Shown here in pieces: positions 28,743 through 38,778 of a stretch of DNA of 64,000 bases (its first letter is position 1; every line of letters starts with the position of its first letter). The position numbers and the translations under genes are program-made. Under the pieces are notes generated by a model. The model was given only the letters and a program-made list of their open reading frames with translations. It did not search any database and had not been told where the DNA came from. The stretch is from a virus. The stretch covers positions 1-64,000 of the IMG/VR virus record IMGVR_UViG_3300018026_000007. One strand, 5' to 3'.

Positions 28743-31421
28743 ATGACGATAGTAATAAACAATCCTGGCGCGAGCGTTCCGCTAACAACATACGGCGATA
28801 CGCTCTATGAAAACGGAACTCCTGCGCCCGCTCGATTGCCTGGAAATATAAACCCGACACGCCGGTATCTCAGCGAACTGGGTGCGTCGGCTCTTACGCC
28901 AACTTTGGTGCAGTCCGCTAAGAACGTCGATGTGACAGGAACGACCCATCTGACGTTTGCACAAGCGTTTTCAAACAACAATACGGCAGGAAACCTTTTG
29001 TTTGTCTCGGTAACGTGGTATGGCGCGGGCTATACCGCGTCGGTTGCGGATTCCCAAGGCAATTCAGGATGGACCCCCGTCGCGGCCAAAGTGACAAACA
29101 CCACGACGACCCAGGCTTTCTACTGCCCGAACTGCAAAGCTGGCGCAAATACGATAACAGTCACTTTTAGTAATTCCTCCGCGTCGTATCAGACACTCAC
29201 CATCGCCGAATTCTCAAATGTCAACACACTGGAGACCGAGGCTCAAACGACTGGAAGCGGCACGACGGCGGCAGGCGGGTCCATCGCCCCTACAGCAACA
29301 ACATCGCTTGTGGTCGGTTATGCTGGCTCGAACATCAACGGGTATAATAGTCCGAGTGCTCCATGGGCTTTGATTGGGAGCGGTGCCAGTTGTGACGGCC
29401 AAGTAGAATATCAAGTGGCTGCTGCGGGCACTTATGCGGCGGCGTTTCCGCTCGTCGGCACTGATTCATGGCAGGGGGGCACCGCCAGTTTTTATTTGGC
29501 TCCAGCGGCATTTGTGCAGGCGACCGATGCTTACGATGGATCGGGCGGTGCCAACACCACTTACAGCAAAGCGTTTGGCTCAAATAACACAGCAGGAAAT
29601 TTGTTGTTTGTTGTCATCTCCTACGAGACGGGTGTTTCGATATCATCCCTATCGGATACGAACGGCAACGCTTATGTGCCGCTGCCCGCTGTCACAAGTT
29701 CCACTCATATTACCCAGACGTTCTATGCTCTGGGGTGTAGAGCGGGAGCCAATACAGTCACGGTTGCATTCTCGGGCGCAGGGGCAACGTATCCCGATTT
29801 GATTATCAGCGAATACTCGGGCGTGAACGCCGTAGGCTCCTATACGACAGCCACGGGAAGCAGCAATGCGCCAGCCAGCGGCAACATCACGGCAGCCCCA
29901 TGGTCTTTAATTTTGGGATATGGCGACGAAGGTTCGTGTAACTGGACGGCAGGAACAAGCTGGACTTTACGCTCAACGGCGGGGAGTCGTCGAAGCGCGC
30001 TGGAAGACCAGTTGAACGTGGCATCGGGAACATATAGCGCGACTTTTTCGATAAACGTCTCGTCATCGTGGAGGGCGGGTATCGTCTGTTTCTACCAGAC
30101 ATTCACAGGAACGGGCGCGCCAGCTTGGTCAACTCCGTCCGCCGCCGATTTAGCCAACGGCACCACAGGATCGGGAGCGGTTGTTTTGGCAACGTCGCCG
30201 ACATTAGTAACGCCCAATATCGGTGCCGCCACGGCGACCACACCAACGGCAGGCGATAGCTCTACCAAAGTCGCCACGACCGCTTTTGTTTCATCGGCGT
30301 CCGCAAATACGCTTAATGTGAATGGTTCGGTGGTGGTGACCCCGTTTGATGTGAACGCCCTAGTGAATGGTAACGGTGTTGGCGGACAGGTGAACGTAAA
30401 TGGGACGCCCGTTGAAACCGCCATTTCATGTATGATCGAGAATCCCGTCAACTTAGTAAATGGGCAGCGGGCCATAGGAACCACCTACTACAACAACACG
30501 GGATTGCCGATGCTTGTGATTGTTTCGGTCTTTTCGGATACGGCGAATGTGGTTTACACGGCGGCGGCTGATAGCAGTGCCAATCCCTCGACGGTCGTTT
30601 ATAAGACCGTAGGAGACAACAACTCATCCTACAACGACGTGTCCTTGACTTTCTTCGTCATGCCTGGACAATTCTACTCGGTGACTGCGAGTGCGGGATC
30701 GACCACAATTGAAGGATGGAGAGAATTCATTTGTCAGCGAGGTGCGATGACCGATAGCGGGGATATCCACACCACTCCAGGTCGTGCGCTCGCCACCGTT
30801 TATCAGAATACTTCAGGAAAAACCATGTTCGTGGTGGCCCAAGTGGCGTCAGTAAACGCGGCTAGTGCGGTGCTGGGTCTCTCTGATTCGTCTCCCGCCC
30901 CGACAAATGTGGTCGATAGTTTTATGCAAAACTCTAGCGGAGCCAACACCGTCACCGTCATCATGATTGTGCCCAACGGGCATTACTATGAAGTGACTGC
31001 GGCATCGGGCTCACTGGCGTTATGGCATGAGTACTCATGGGCTATCTCATGCCAGAAATCGACCGATTTGATTTTGACATCGGGGAGCGGGCAATTGCGA
31101 ACGGGTGCTGGTTCCGCCGCACAGGTAAACACTGGGTCGAGCACATCTACGTTCGGTTCGCAGCAATACTGGCAGAACAATACTCAAGCTGTTCGGTGGG
31201 TTCAAGTGATTACGACGAGCGGCGCAGCGGATAGTTTTTGTCAAATTGCGGCGGGCGACGGAATTCCGCCGTACCAGATTTTGTCGGTTTGCAGGAGACA
31301 TACGGCGGCTAGTTCTCGCCACACGTATGGACCCGTTTTGCCAGGAAAAACGTATGCATTTCTTGATACGACGAACAGTACTTTGACGCAATCCCATTGG
31401 TGGGAGTACCAACTAGGATAG
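28743..31421 (+). CDS. Tail fibre/receptor-binding protein with duplicated domains
   Basis: Two NNTAGNLLFV domains, a GSGAVVLATSPTLVTP/DSSTKVATTAFV shaft, and three R....Y.N.TG-type C-terminal domains. Confidence 0.75.
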   Translation: MTIVINNPGASVPLTTYGDTLYENGTPAPARLPGNINPTRRYLSELGASALTPTLVQSAKNVDVTGTTHLTFAQAFSNNNTAGNLLFVSVTWYGAGYTASVADSQGNSGWTPVAAKVTNTTTTQAFYCPNCKAGANTITVTFSNSSASYQTLTIAEFSNVNTLETEAQTTGSGTTAAGGSIAPTATTSLVVGYAGSNINGYNSPSAPWALIGSGASCDGQVEYQVAAAGTYAAAFPLVGTDSWQGGTASFYLAPAAFVQATDAYDGSGGANTTYSKAFGSNNTAGNLLFVVISYETGVSISSLSDTNGNAYVPLPAVTSSTHITQTFYALGCRAGANTVTVAFSGAGATYPDLIISEYSGVNAVGSYTTATGSSNAPASGNITAAPWSLILGYGDEGSCNWTAGTSWTLRSTAGSRRSALEDQLNVASGTYSATFSINVSSSWRAGIVCFYQTFTGTGAPAWSTPSAADLANGTTGSGAVVLATSPTLVTPNIGAATATTPTAGDSSTKVATTAFVSSASANTLNVNGSVVVTPFDVNALVNGNGVGGQVNVNGTPVETAISCMIENPVNLVNGQRAIGTTYYNNTGLPMLVIVSVFSDTANVVYTAAADSSANPSTVVYKTVGDNNSSYNDVSLTFFVMPGQFYSVTASAGSTTIEGWREFICQRGAMTDSGDIHTTPGRALATVYQNTSGKTMFVVAQVASVNAASAVLGLSDSSPAPTNVVDSFMQNSSGANTVTVIMIVPNGHYYEVTAASGSLALWHEYSWAISCQKSTDLILTSGSGQLRTGAGSAAQVNTGSSTSTFGSQQYWQNNTQAVRWVQVITTSGAADSFCQIAAGDGIPPYQILSVCRRHTAASSRHTYGPVLPGKTYAFLDTTNSTLTQSHWWEYQLG

Positions 31422-31432
31422 GAGAAAATTCG

Positions 31433-31963
31433 ATGGCACAGACAATCAACTGGAGTGGCACAACACCCGCCGCCCCCGCAAACGCAATCAACGTGGCCTG
31501 GCAGAATGACAGCAGCACGCCTCCGAACATTTCGGCGAACGTGCCGAGTGGTGTCGGCGGTGCGGCCAATATCGTTGCCCGTAAAGTTCTTACCGCTCAG
31601 ACGGCGGCGCAGAGTAGCGTTAGCCTTTTGTCGGTGCCGTCCAGCGGAGCGGGATTCTACAAGGTTCACTACGTCGCTACAATCACCACGGCGGCGACGA
31701 CTGGCGCGGCCACCTCTACTTTGGGTGGCTCAGCGGGCTTCCAGTTGGTCTATACCAACGGAAACGGCGACGCTGTCTCCAAAACGACAGTCGGAACCGT
31801 AAACAACTCAACGGCAAACACGACTGGCACATCGATATCGGGGTGTGTCGCCGCCTATTGCTCGGCGTCTTCAACCTTGGCATTCAGTTTTGGCTATGCC
31901 AGCAATACGGCGGCACAGATGGCTTACGATCTTGCAATCTTTGTCGAATTCGTGGGAGCCTAA
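31433..31963 (+). CDS. Putative virion protein
   Basis: AGGAG RBS; Ala/Thr/Ser-rich beta protein. Confidence 0.6.
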   Translation: MAQTINWSGTTPAAPANAINVAWQNDSSTPPNISANVPSGVGGAANIVARKVLTAQTAAQSSVSLLSVPSSGAGFYKVHYVATITTAATTGAATSTLGGSAGFQLVYTNGNGDAVSKTTVGTVNNSTANTTGTSISGCVAAYCSASSTLAFSFGYASNTAAQMAYDLAIFVEFVGA

Positions 31964-32005
31964 TTCTAAAATAAGACTTTCCGTTCCATAGGTAGGAGAA
32001 GGACT

Positions 32006-32371
32006 ATGCCGAACAGTATTGCCGACACTTTGAGCGCGGCGAAGGGCGCGCTTGTTCATGCAAACGCTGCATTTCCGAGCCCATCCACCCCGAAGGCGGC
32101 ACCTGCCGCACCGAAACCAGCGGCCAAAGCCGCACCGTCACTCGGCGAAGAACTAGCTGTCAAAAAGAGCATGGTGGATAAAGCGGTATCCGCGCTGCCG
32201 AAAATGCATGACGGCGGGCCCATCCTCGCGGACGGAGGCTATCAGTTGAAAGCTGGGGAGCATGTCTTGACCGCGCCGCAGGCAAAGATGGCACGCAAGC
32301 ACGCGCTGATGGCTGTTGGACTAAAATCCTTGAGCAAACCAGGCAAGACAAGTTCAAAAAAGAGGGCATAA
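32006..32371 (+). CDS. Basic hypothetical virion protein
   Basis: MHDGG...LKAGEHVL motif; follows GACTTT at 31975. Confidence 0.6.
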   Translation: MPNSIADTLSAAKGALVHANAAFPSPSTPKAAPAAPKPAAKAAPSLGEELAVKKSMVDKAVSALPKMHDGGPILADGGYQLKAGEHVLTAPQAKMARKHALMAVGLKSLSKPGKTSSKKRA

Positions 32372-32373
32372 CA

Positions 32374-32673
32374 ATGAAATCGAATAGCGGACACGAGAAA
32401 GCCCCGCAACCCAAATCGGTTATGGTATTCAAGGGCATCAAGGGGCTCGTCGCTTCGGGACCAGGAACCAAAAAAGCCGTTGTCCATGCGAAGGTGCGCC
32501 CCGAGCAGAACGAGGGTGCAAAAATCCCGCAGGACGCGACGAAGAAAACGCCTACCATGACCGCATCCAAAACGGCCATGAAGACCATGCCGCATGGCAA
32601 GGTCAATGTCTCGTCGAACATTCGACCAGAAGGCGCGATTAAACGCGACGCCGCGAGCGTCGTGAAGCTGTAA
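32374..32673 (+). CDS. Lys-rich hypothetical protein
   Basis: ORF with RBS in the structural region. Confidence 0.55.
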   Translation: MKSNSGHEKAPQPKSVMVFKGIKGLVASGPGTKKAVVHAKVRPEQNEGAKIPQDATKKTPTMTASKTAMKTMPHGKVNVSSNIRPEGAIKRDAASVVKL

Positions 32674-32689
32674 CTAGGGAGAATCTCAT

Positions 32690-33349
32690 ATGGGATCGAT
32701 TAGAACACTCGGGCTTGCCACTGCTGTCACAGGGACGCCGACGCCCGCCGTCTTGGCTGCCGCATACTACACCAGTTCGAATTTGGCAACGCCTGGAGTG
32801 GTGATTGCCGCTGTGTCATTCTCAATCAAGAACAACATCGCAACCATTGTGATGGGCTCTCTGCCGACGAACGGCTACAACGGTCCCAACGGCTATCCGA
32901 CCGCCAACGCGACCACGGGATCGCGGTTCGATCTTCAGTCGGTATCTCCTGCAGCGAATGGCCAGAAGGTTGTTCTGTGGGGCTTCTCAACCGCGACGTA
33001 TTTCAACGGCAAGGTTGTGACGGTTCGGGACTGCGACCCATCCACTCTATCATTCAGTTTTTATTTCAAGCATGCCGATGTCAACAGCACAAACGACACA
33101 GGAAATACCGCGCCAGCCCCCGCCCAGCACTATCGGGCCATTCGGCTCGAATGCGGCCAGTCACTCAGCACCGACCTCATCTATGTCGGTGACGGCAACG
33201 TGTCTTCGACGCAGTATATGGCCTGCTTGTCCCTTGCGGGGCAACTCGCCATCGAGATCGCGTCGGACAACATCCCGCCCGAAGGAATTTGGATTGATAC
33301 CAGCGGGTCGTCATCTAACGACCAAGTCATGGTGACAGTGATTTACTAA
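32690..33349 (+). CDS. Putative virion protein
   Basis: GGGAG RBS; beta-rich. Confidence 0.6.
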   Translation: MGSIRTLGLATAVTGTPTPAVLAAAYYTSSNLATPGVVIAAVSFSIKNNIATIVMGSLPTNGYNGPNGYPTANATTGSRFDLQSVSPAANGQKVVLWGFSTATYFNGKVVTVRDCDPSTLSFSFYFKHADVNSTNDTGNTAPAPAQHYRAIRLECGQSLSTDLIYVGDGNVSSTQYMACLSLAGQLAIEIASDNIPPEGIWIDTSGSSSNDQVMVTVIY

Positions 33350-33366
33350 GTCAGGAAAGATGAGCC

Positions 33367-33726
33367 ATGCCCGTCCTGCATTACTCTATTAGTGGCAATG
33401 TCGGGGTGGCGGCTGCAGGCGCGACGGTAACCCTCTCGGGCGCAGCCAGTGCAACAACGACTGCCGATATTGCAGGGAACTACACGTTCGGCGGTCTTCT
33501 GAATGGCGCGTATTTTATCACACCTGCCCTGGCGGGATTTGTTTTTACCCCACACAGCGCGGCTAGATCGATATCGGGGGCAAATGTCACGGGCGTAAAT
33601 TTCACGCCGTCGCCGATAGTCATACCGCCCGCATCCGTAGTTTTTAAGACAGAAATCTCCGCGCGGATTACCTCGGCGCGCACGGAGCTTGTGGGAACAA
33701 ATTTAGGCACAAGAACCATGAGGTAG
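33367..33726 (+). CDS. Ig/prealbumin-like (carboxypeptidase-regulatory-like) domain protein
   Basis: YSISG.V....GATVTLSG...TTTAD..GNYTF.GL.NG.Y.ITP...G..FTP. Confidence 0.7.
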   Translation: MPVLHYSISGNVGVAAAGATVTLSGAASATTTADIAGNYTFGGLLNGAYFITPALAGFVFTPHSAARSISGANVTGVNFTPSPIVIPPASVVFKTEISARITSARTELVGTNLGTRTMR

Positions 33727-33733
33727 GTGGAGC

Positions 33734-34030
33734 ATGTTACCGTTCGGAGCATGGATACGCAGTGCGTTTTCGGAGTCAGATGGCACGGGGTCTTCGTCAC
33801 GAATTCTCTTTGCGTCCGCAATGGGAATCACGCTTGTCCTGATAATCATCATTTGTGGCGTCCATCTTCGCCAGCACGTCGATACCGTGATAACCAAAGA
33901 GACGTTGGACGGCTTTCGCGATTTCGTTGGCATCGCATGGGGTCCGTACGCAGCCAACAAAATAACTACCGTCGCGACCAGCATATTTGGCAACAAGGGT
34001 GGTGCAGGGGATCAGCCGTCAGAGCACTAG
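33734..34030 (+). CDS. Putative holin / small membrane protein
   Basis: SE.DG.GSSSR motif and two hydrophobic segments. Confidence 0.5.
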   Translation: MLPFGAWIRSAFSESDGTGSSSRILFASAMGITLVLIIIICGVHLRQHVDTVITKETLDGFRDFVGIAWGPYAANKITTVATSIFGNKGGAGDQPSEH

Positions 34031-34057
34031 ACGTTTTTTGATGCGGGAGCAGCCGCC

Positions 34058-35965
34058 ATGTTTGTATTACCTGAAAAAGAACAACCCATTTTTGAGCAGT
34101 ACTGCAGGTCGGTGGACCTGACCAACTTCCCTAAAAAGTTTGTGAAGTCCTTTGAGGGTTTTGACGAAACGACCAGGCAGAAATGGTATCTCGGGCGGTA
34201 TCGGTGTCTGAAGGACCCGCTCTACTTGAGCGGTTATGCCGTTGCCGAAAAAGCGGGAGACGACCATCTGCCTGAGAGTTACAAGCCCATTCTAGGAATG
34301 GATTTTCAGACGGACCCACATGAACTTTTGTTCAAACAGTTTCTGCAGAAACGACCAGGCGAAGGGCTCGTCGTCTCGGACCTAGACACGGTCACCAAAA
34401 AGCGGATGATTCTCTGGCCGCGCGGTATCTTCAAAACGTCCGCCATCATTGTCGATATCGTTCAAACCATTCTGAACTACCCCAATATCCGCATATGCTT
34501 TCTGACGGGCGGCGATCAACTCGCCAAGCGTCAATTGGCGCGCGTAAAGCGTGTCTTTGAGAGACCATCCGAACTGTTCAAGTGGCTGTTTCCTGAATTC
34601 TGTCTGAAGAGTGTTCGAAACAAGAAAATCCAGGACGAGAGTAACCCCCGAGCCTGGTCTGATGAACTCTGCAAGATGGGGACGGCTCATGAATTTACAG
34701 TTCCGTGTCGCACCAACGACACGTTCGCCGAGCCGACCTTTGCAATCTCTACCGCGAAGTCAGTCAAGGCGGGATCGCACTTTGAACTCATCTATATCGA
34801 TGACTTGGTGAACGACCAGAACTATCGCAGCGTCAAAGCCCTTGAAAAATGCTATCAGGATTATCTCGACATCTGCCCTGTGCTCGATCCAGCGGGCTTC
34901 ATCGTCATGACGGGAACTCGCTACTCGTTTGGCGACACATATGAGCGGCTTCAAGACCTAGCCAAAGAAGAAGAGAAGTTGATGGGCCAGACGATCTGGA
35001 AATTCTCCATCCGCGATTGCTGGAGTTGGGGCTGCAAAACCTGCGGGCACTCCAGCGTGTATCACGACACCGACAAAAACATTCTCGAACCCCCATGCAC
35101 CAAGGTTGGATGCCCCTGCAGGGGATTTCAATCGAGTGGTTCGAAGGGGGTGTTGTTCCCGCAGACTCGAACTTTCGATAAACGGGTGATCGGGCACACT
35201 CTGGATTTCTTAGAGGGCGAGCGGATTCGCCTGGGCAACGAATTTTTTGCGAATCAGTATGAAAATAAACCCATCGCGACGGGCGCGCAGACGTTTGATG
35301 AGGTGATGATAGGCGGCCAGACCCTGCACGATCTATCTCAAATCCCGTCCTATCAGCAGTCGTTCACATTCATGGTGGGTGACTTGGCGTATGTGGGGCA
35401 AGATGGACGGGACGACTCCGTGTTGTTCATCTGCAGGAAGTTTCAAGGCCAGATTTTCATCTTCGACTGCGACTTTGGGAACTGGGATGCCGCGCAAGTG
35501 GCCGAACATACGGTCAACAATCTGTTAAAGCATCGCCCTCAGATGATTTATTACGAAAAGTTCAATGGCTGGGAAGCGTACGAGAACATTATCACCGCCC
35601 ATGCAGCCACGCGCGGGATCATGAAGCTCCCGATTCAATGGGAGAAGGGGTCGCAGGCTCCGAAGGCGAAGGTGACTCGCATCGGCGCAGTCAAGGGACC
35701 CTTAATTGCAAAGCGATTGTGGTTCTATGCAGGCATGCCAGGTTATTCGCGGCTCTCCGACCAGTTGGTGAAGTGGCCGAAGCTGGGACGCCACGATGAT
35801 TTTGCCGACTGCGCGGGCATGGTAATGGCTGCACCGACAGGATATCAGCTTGAGACGCCGCCCGAAGTGCTTCTGCCGTCGAATTGGTTGCGTAAGCTCA
35901 ATCAGTCCGAGCCGATAGACGACTCGTACGGCGACAACGGGTGCGGGACAGGCATAGTTTGCTGA
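34058..35965 (+). CDS. terL: Terminase large subunit
   Basis: PRGIFKT Walker A, IYIDD Walker B, GTRY motif III, GDLA and HDDFAD nuclease; inserted CxxC..H..C..CxC module. Confidence 0.9.
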   Translation: MFVLPEKEQPIFEQYCRSVDLTNFPKKFVKSFEGFDETTRQKWYLGRYRCLKDPLYLSGYAVAEKAGDDHLPESYKPILGMDFQTDPHELLFKQFLQKRPGEGLVVSDLDTVTKKRMILWPRGIFKTSAIIVDIVQTILNYPNIRICFLTGGDQLAKRQLARVKRVFERPSELFKWLFPEFCLKSVRNKKIQDESNPRAWSDELCKMGTAHEFTVPCRTNDTFAEPTFAISTAKSVKAGSHFELIYIDDLVNDQNYRSVKALEKCYQDYLDICPVLDPAGFIVMTGTRYSFGDTYERLQDLAKEEEKLMGQTIWKFSIRDCWSWGCKTCGHSSVYHDTDKNILEPPCTKVGCPCRGFQSSGSKGVLFPQTRTFDKRVIGHTLDFLEGERIRLGNEFFANQYENKPIATGAQTFDEVMIGGQTLHDLSQIPSYQQSFTFMVGDLAYVGQDGRDDSVLFICRKFQGQIFIFDCDFGNWDAAQVAEHTVNNLLKHRPQMIYYEKFNGWEAYENIITAHAATRGIMKLPIQWEKGSQAPKAKVTRIGAVKGPLIAKRLWFYAGMPGYSRLSDQLVKWPKLGRHDDFADCAGMVMAAPTGYQLETPPEVLLPSNWLRKLNQSEPIDDSYGDNGCGTGIVC

Positions 35966-35999
35966 AAATAAGACTTTTCGCTCTTAGATGAGACTATTT

Positions 36000-38234
36000 A
36001 TGGCTGATACACCGACAACCGAGATTACAGCTACCAGTCATTTCGAAGATAAAGGTCAAATCCGCGTCCAAGACCTGCCTGGAGCCGTGCCATACGGCGA
36101 GACCGCGCTTCCCATTGGTGCTACAGAGGTTGCCTTCCCCGACCAGGGTCGCTCAGACCTGTCGCTGATGAAGGAAGCGAACCTGAATCGCGAAGAATCC
36201 GAGAATTTTATCGCGACGCGGGGTCTGATCGGGCGTTGGAACATGGCGGAAATCATGTTGCGCGCCTGGGTCGAGCCAATCAAGTGGAAAGGCAGTGAAC
36301 AATTCCGCTCTCACTTGGGCGTGCCCTTGGTTGCAGAGCAATTCTACAGCATTCACAGTGTGGTGAACCAAACGCTGTTCGGCGGCTATCAAGTTTTCAA
36401 AATCGACGCCACTTCTGGCACGCCGCTCGAATGCGCGCTGGCTCAACAGGCCATTCTGAACGCGCAATTGAAAACATGCGGGTACAAGGGCGTTTCCGCG
36501 AAGACCGAGTTTCGCGAAATTACCTACGACGGATTGTTTTATGGGTTCGGGGTTGCGCACTACGGCTGGAAGACAGTCAAAAAGAACATCATCAAGAAAG
36601 TTCCCCGCGTTCATACTCAGACGACCAGTGTCAATGGAAACCTGATTCAAATTCCTACTGAGTCAAAGGACGAAGATGATTTTGTCGAAAAGATTGTCGG
36701 CATTTTGGAAATCAATCAACCCATGCTTGAGCATGTGCCGATTCGCAGATTTCGATATGCGCCCGATCTTCGCCGAGGTGATCCGCGATGCTCAGAGTGG
36801 TGCGGTCGGCTCATTTATGTGACAGGATATGACCTGGACGCCCTTCGTAACACCGAAGGCTGGAATATCCCTACCCGCGCTCAACTCGTCGCACTGACAA
36901 CTCCGCAGATGCAGAGCCAGGCGGCAACCAATCCACTGGAGACGCTTGGTTCCAATACTGGCAATCCCGTCTTTCAGCAGACCACGACGCCACAAAAAGC
37001 GTATCCAGAGAATTACACGGAGCGGACAGCGCATGACCCCCTGATGCGCAAATTCGAAGTCTTCGACTATTGGACTGCAGACCGTCATGCGGTTATTCTT
37101 GGCAAAGAGTACGTGCTGCTGAACGAGACGCACAAATTTGGGCGTCCGCCGTTTCTTGGATTCTGTTTCCGCAATGCGCCCGACTCGGCGCACGGCTACG
37201 GCATCGCATTTTGGCTGACCGATTTCCAGCGCGTCTGCCAGGGCGTCATCAATGCTTTCTTGGATGACATGAACTTGAACTTGATGGGTACCTACACGGC
37301 TCCTGCGGGCACTACGAACAGTGCGCAGGCGCAGTGGATTTTCCCAGGTAAGGTTTTCAAGACCGATGCCGCAGGTAAGGTTGAGCCGATGACGCGCAAC
37401 GCGGTCAATGCTCAAGAGCCGCTCTCGGTAATCGCCCAGATGAAACAATGGGCGGCTTCGATCACAGGGGCGGGGCCGAGTACTCTCGGGGCGGCTCCTG
37501 GTCCGTCTGGCGCGATGCGGACTCCCGCAGGTGCAGAGGCGGTCTCTGGCGGCGAGTCGGTCAAGCTCCAAGACTTGGTGGATGTGATTTCGGAACAGAT
37601 ATTCATTCCGTTCATCGAATTCTGTATCGAGCAGAATCAAAAGCTCAAGCCATCTCAAGTACGCGCGATGCTTTCGCAGGCCCTGGGTGATGCATTCAAG
37701 GCCACGCCGCTCGATATTCTTAACGGTTCTTACCGAGTCGATATTTCTGCGGCGACGAAACTCGCGGCGCGGGAAGCACTGAACAAATACATGGGCGTGC
37801 TGCAGACATTCCTGCAATCGCCAGGCACGGTAGAAAATCTTGCCGTCCAGGCCATGAAGCTCGACTACAACGCCATGTTCGAAGCTCTCTACGATTCCTT
37901 CGGCGTGCCGTACAAGGAAAAGATTATCGTGCCGATGAACGACGAAGACAAGGCGCGCATGGCCGCACAGACACAACAGGCCGCCGCGCAGGGCAAACTG
38001 GCACTGGTGCAGGCGCAAGGTGAAGTGAAGAAAGATGTGGACAACAACCAGGCCGAAAATCGGATGTTGATTGAAACAGGCAAGCACACACTGAAGACGC
38101 ATGGAGCAGACCATCAGGCGAGTATCGACGCGGCGCAGGCGAAAGCCGAAGCCGCGACACCGCAAGCCCAGGGTCTCGACCGAGCCGCGAAGGGTGCGTT
38201 TGCGACGATGGACAAATCAGCTTTCGGGCAGTAA
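36000..38234 (+). CDS. Portal protein
   Basis: Follows terL; about 745 aa; GLFYGFGV, HGYGI, Q..IN..LD motifs; Gln/Ala-rich helical tail like P22/T7-type portals. Confidence 0.8.
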   Translation: MADTPTTEITATSHFEDKGQIRVQDLPGAVPYGETALPIGATEVAFPDQGRSDLSLMKEANLNREESENFIATRGLIGRWNMAEIMLRAWVEPIKWKGSEQFRSHLGVPLVAEQFYSIHSVVNQTLFGGYQVFKIDATSGTPLECALAQQAILNAQLKTCGYKGVSAKTEFREITYDGLFYGFGVAHYGWKTVKKNIIKKVPRVHTQTTSVNGNLIQIPTESKDEDDFVEKIVGILEINQPMLEHVPIRRFRYAPDLRRGDPRCSEWCGRLIYVTGYDLDALRNTEGWNIPTRAQLVALTTPQMQSQAATNPLETLGSNTGNPVFQQTTTPQKAYPENYTERTAHDPLMRKFEVFDYWTADRHAVILGKEYVLLNETHKFGRPPFLGFCFRNAPDSAHGYGIAFWLTDFQRVCQGVINAFLDDMNLNLMGTYTAPAGTTNSAQAQWIFPGKVFKTDAAGKVEPMTRNAVNAQEPLSVIAQMKQWAASITGAGPSTLGAAPGPSGAMRTPAGAEAVSGGESVKLQDLVDVISEQIFIPFIEFCIEQNQKLKPSQVRAMLSQALGDAFKATPLDILNGSYRVDISAATKLAAREALNKYMGVLQTFLQSPGTVENLAVQAMKLDYNAMFEALYDSFGVPYKEKIIVPMNDEDKARMAAQTQQAAAQGKLALVQAQGEVKKDVDNNQAENRMLIETGKHTLKTHGADHQASIDAAQAKAEAATPQAQGLDRAAKGAFATMDKSAFGQ

Positions 38235-38277
38235 TCATGGCCGTGGTAATTAACATGGCCATGGGACGGAGCATAAC

Positions 38278-38700
38278 ATGAGCAGCAATCCCAATCCCAT
38301 CATTGAAGGGGGCTCGCCCTTTCAAACAACCACGACCCCAACAATCGAGCGGGCGAACCGCCTGATGGGCCTTCGCGCGCATCCAGGGTTCGCCGACCTG
38401 GTGCGGATTTCGCAGGAGATGGTGCAAACAGCGGCGGATCAGTGCGCTGATTATCCTGGCTGGGACCCGCTGCAAATCACCGTTCTGAAAGTTCGCATGC
38501 AAGTCGCGAAAGAGCATCATCAACTTCTGTTGGCCCGAGTTAATATGGCAATCGAAGCGGGAGTCGAAGAAGCCCGCGCGTTCGTTTCATCCCTGCCCGC
38601 CGTCTCCCCCGAAGAAGCCGTTAACAATGGAGACCTGGTTCGCCAAAAAGTGCTGGAACAATTCGAAAACATGGAAATGCGGCCAGCAGGGTCATACTAG
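38278..38700 (+). CDS. Hypothetical head-module protein
   Basis: Between portal and scaffold; helical. Confidence 0.6.
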   Translation: MSSNPNPIIEGGSPFQTTTTPTIERANRLMGLRAHPGFADLVRISQEMVQTAADQCADYPGWDPLQITVLKVRMQVAKEHHQLLLARVNMAIEAGVEEARAFVSSLPAVSPEEAVNNGDLVRQKVLEQFENMEMRPAGSY

Positions 38701-38778
38701 ACCAGTTGCTGAAATCTTATTACAAGTTTTTGACTTTCCTTTCCATTAGTGTAAGTTCACTTTAGGGAGCGTCCAGCA

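Noticed and set aside
36792-38165. Long antisense ORFs opposite portal, capsid and nuclease genes
   Set aside because: Expected shadows of GC-rich codon usage; no RBS or motifs.
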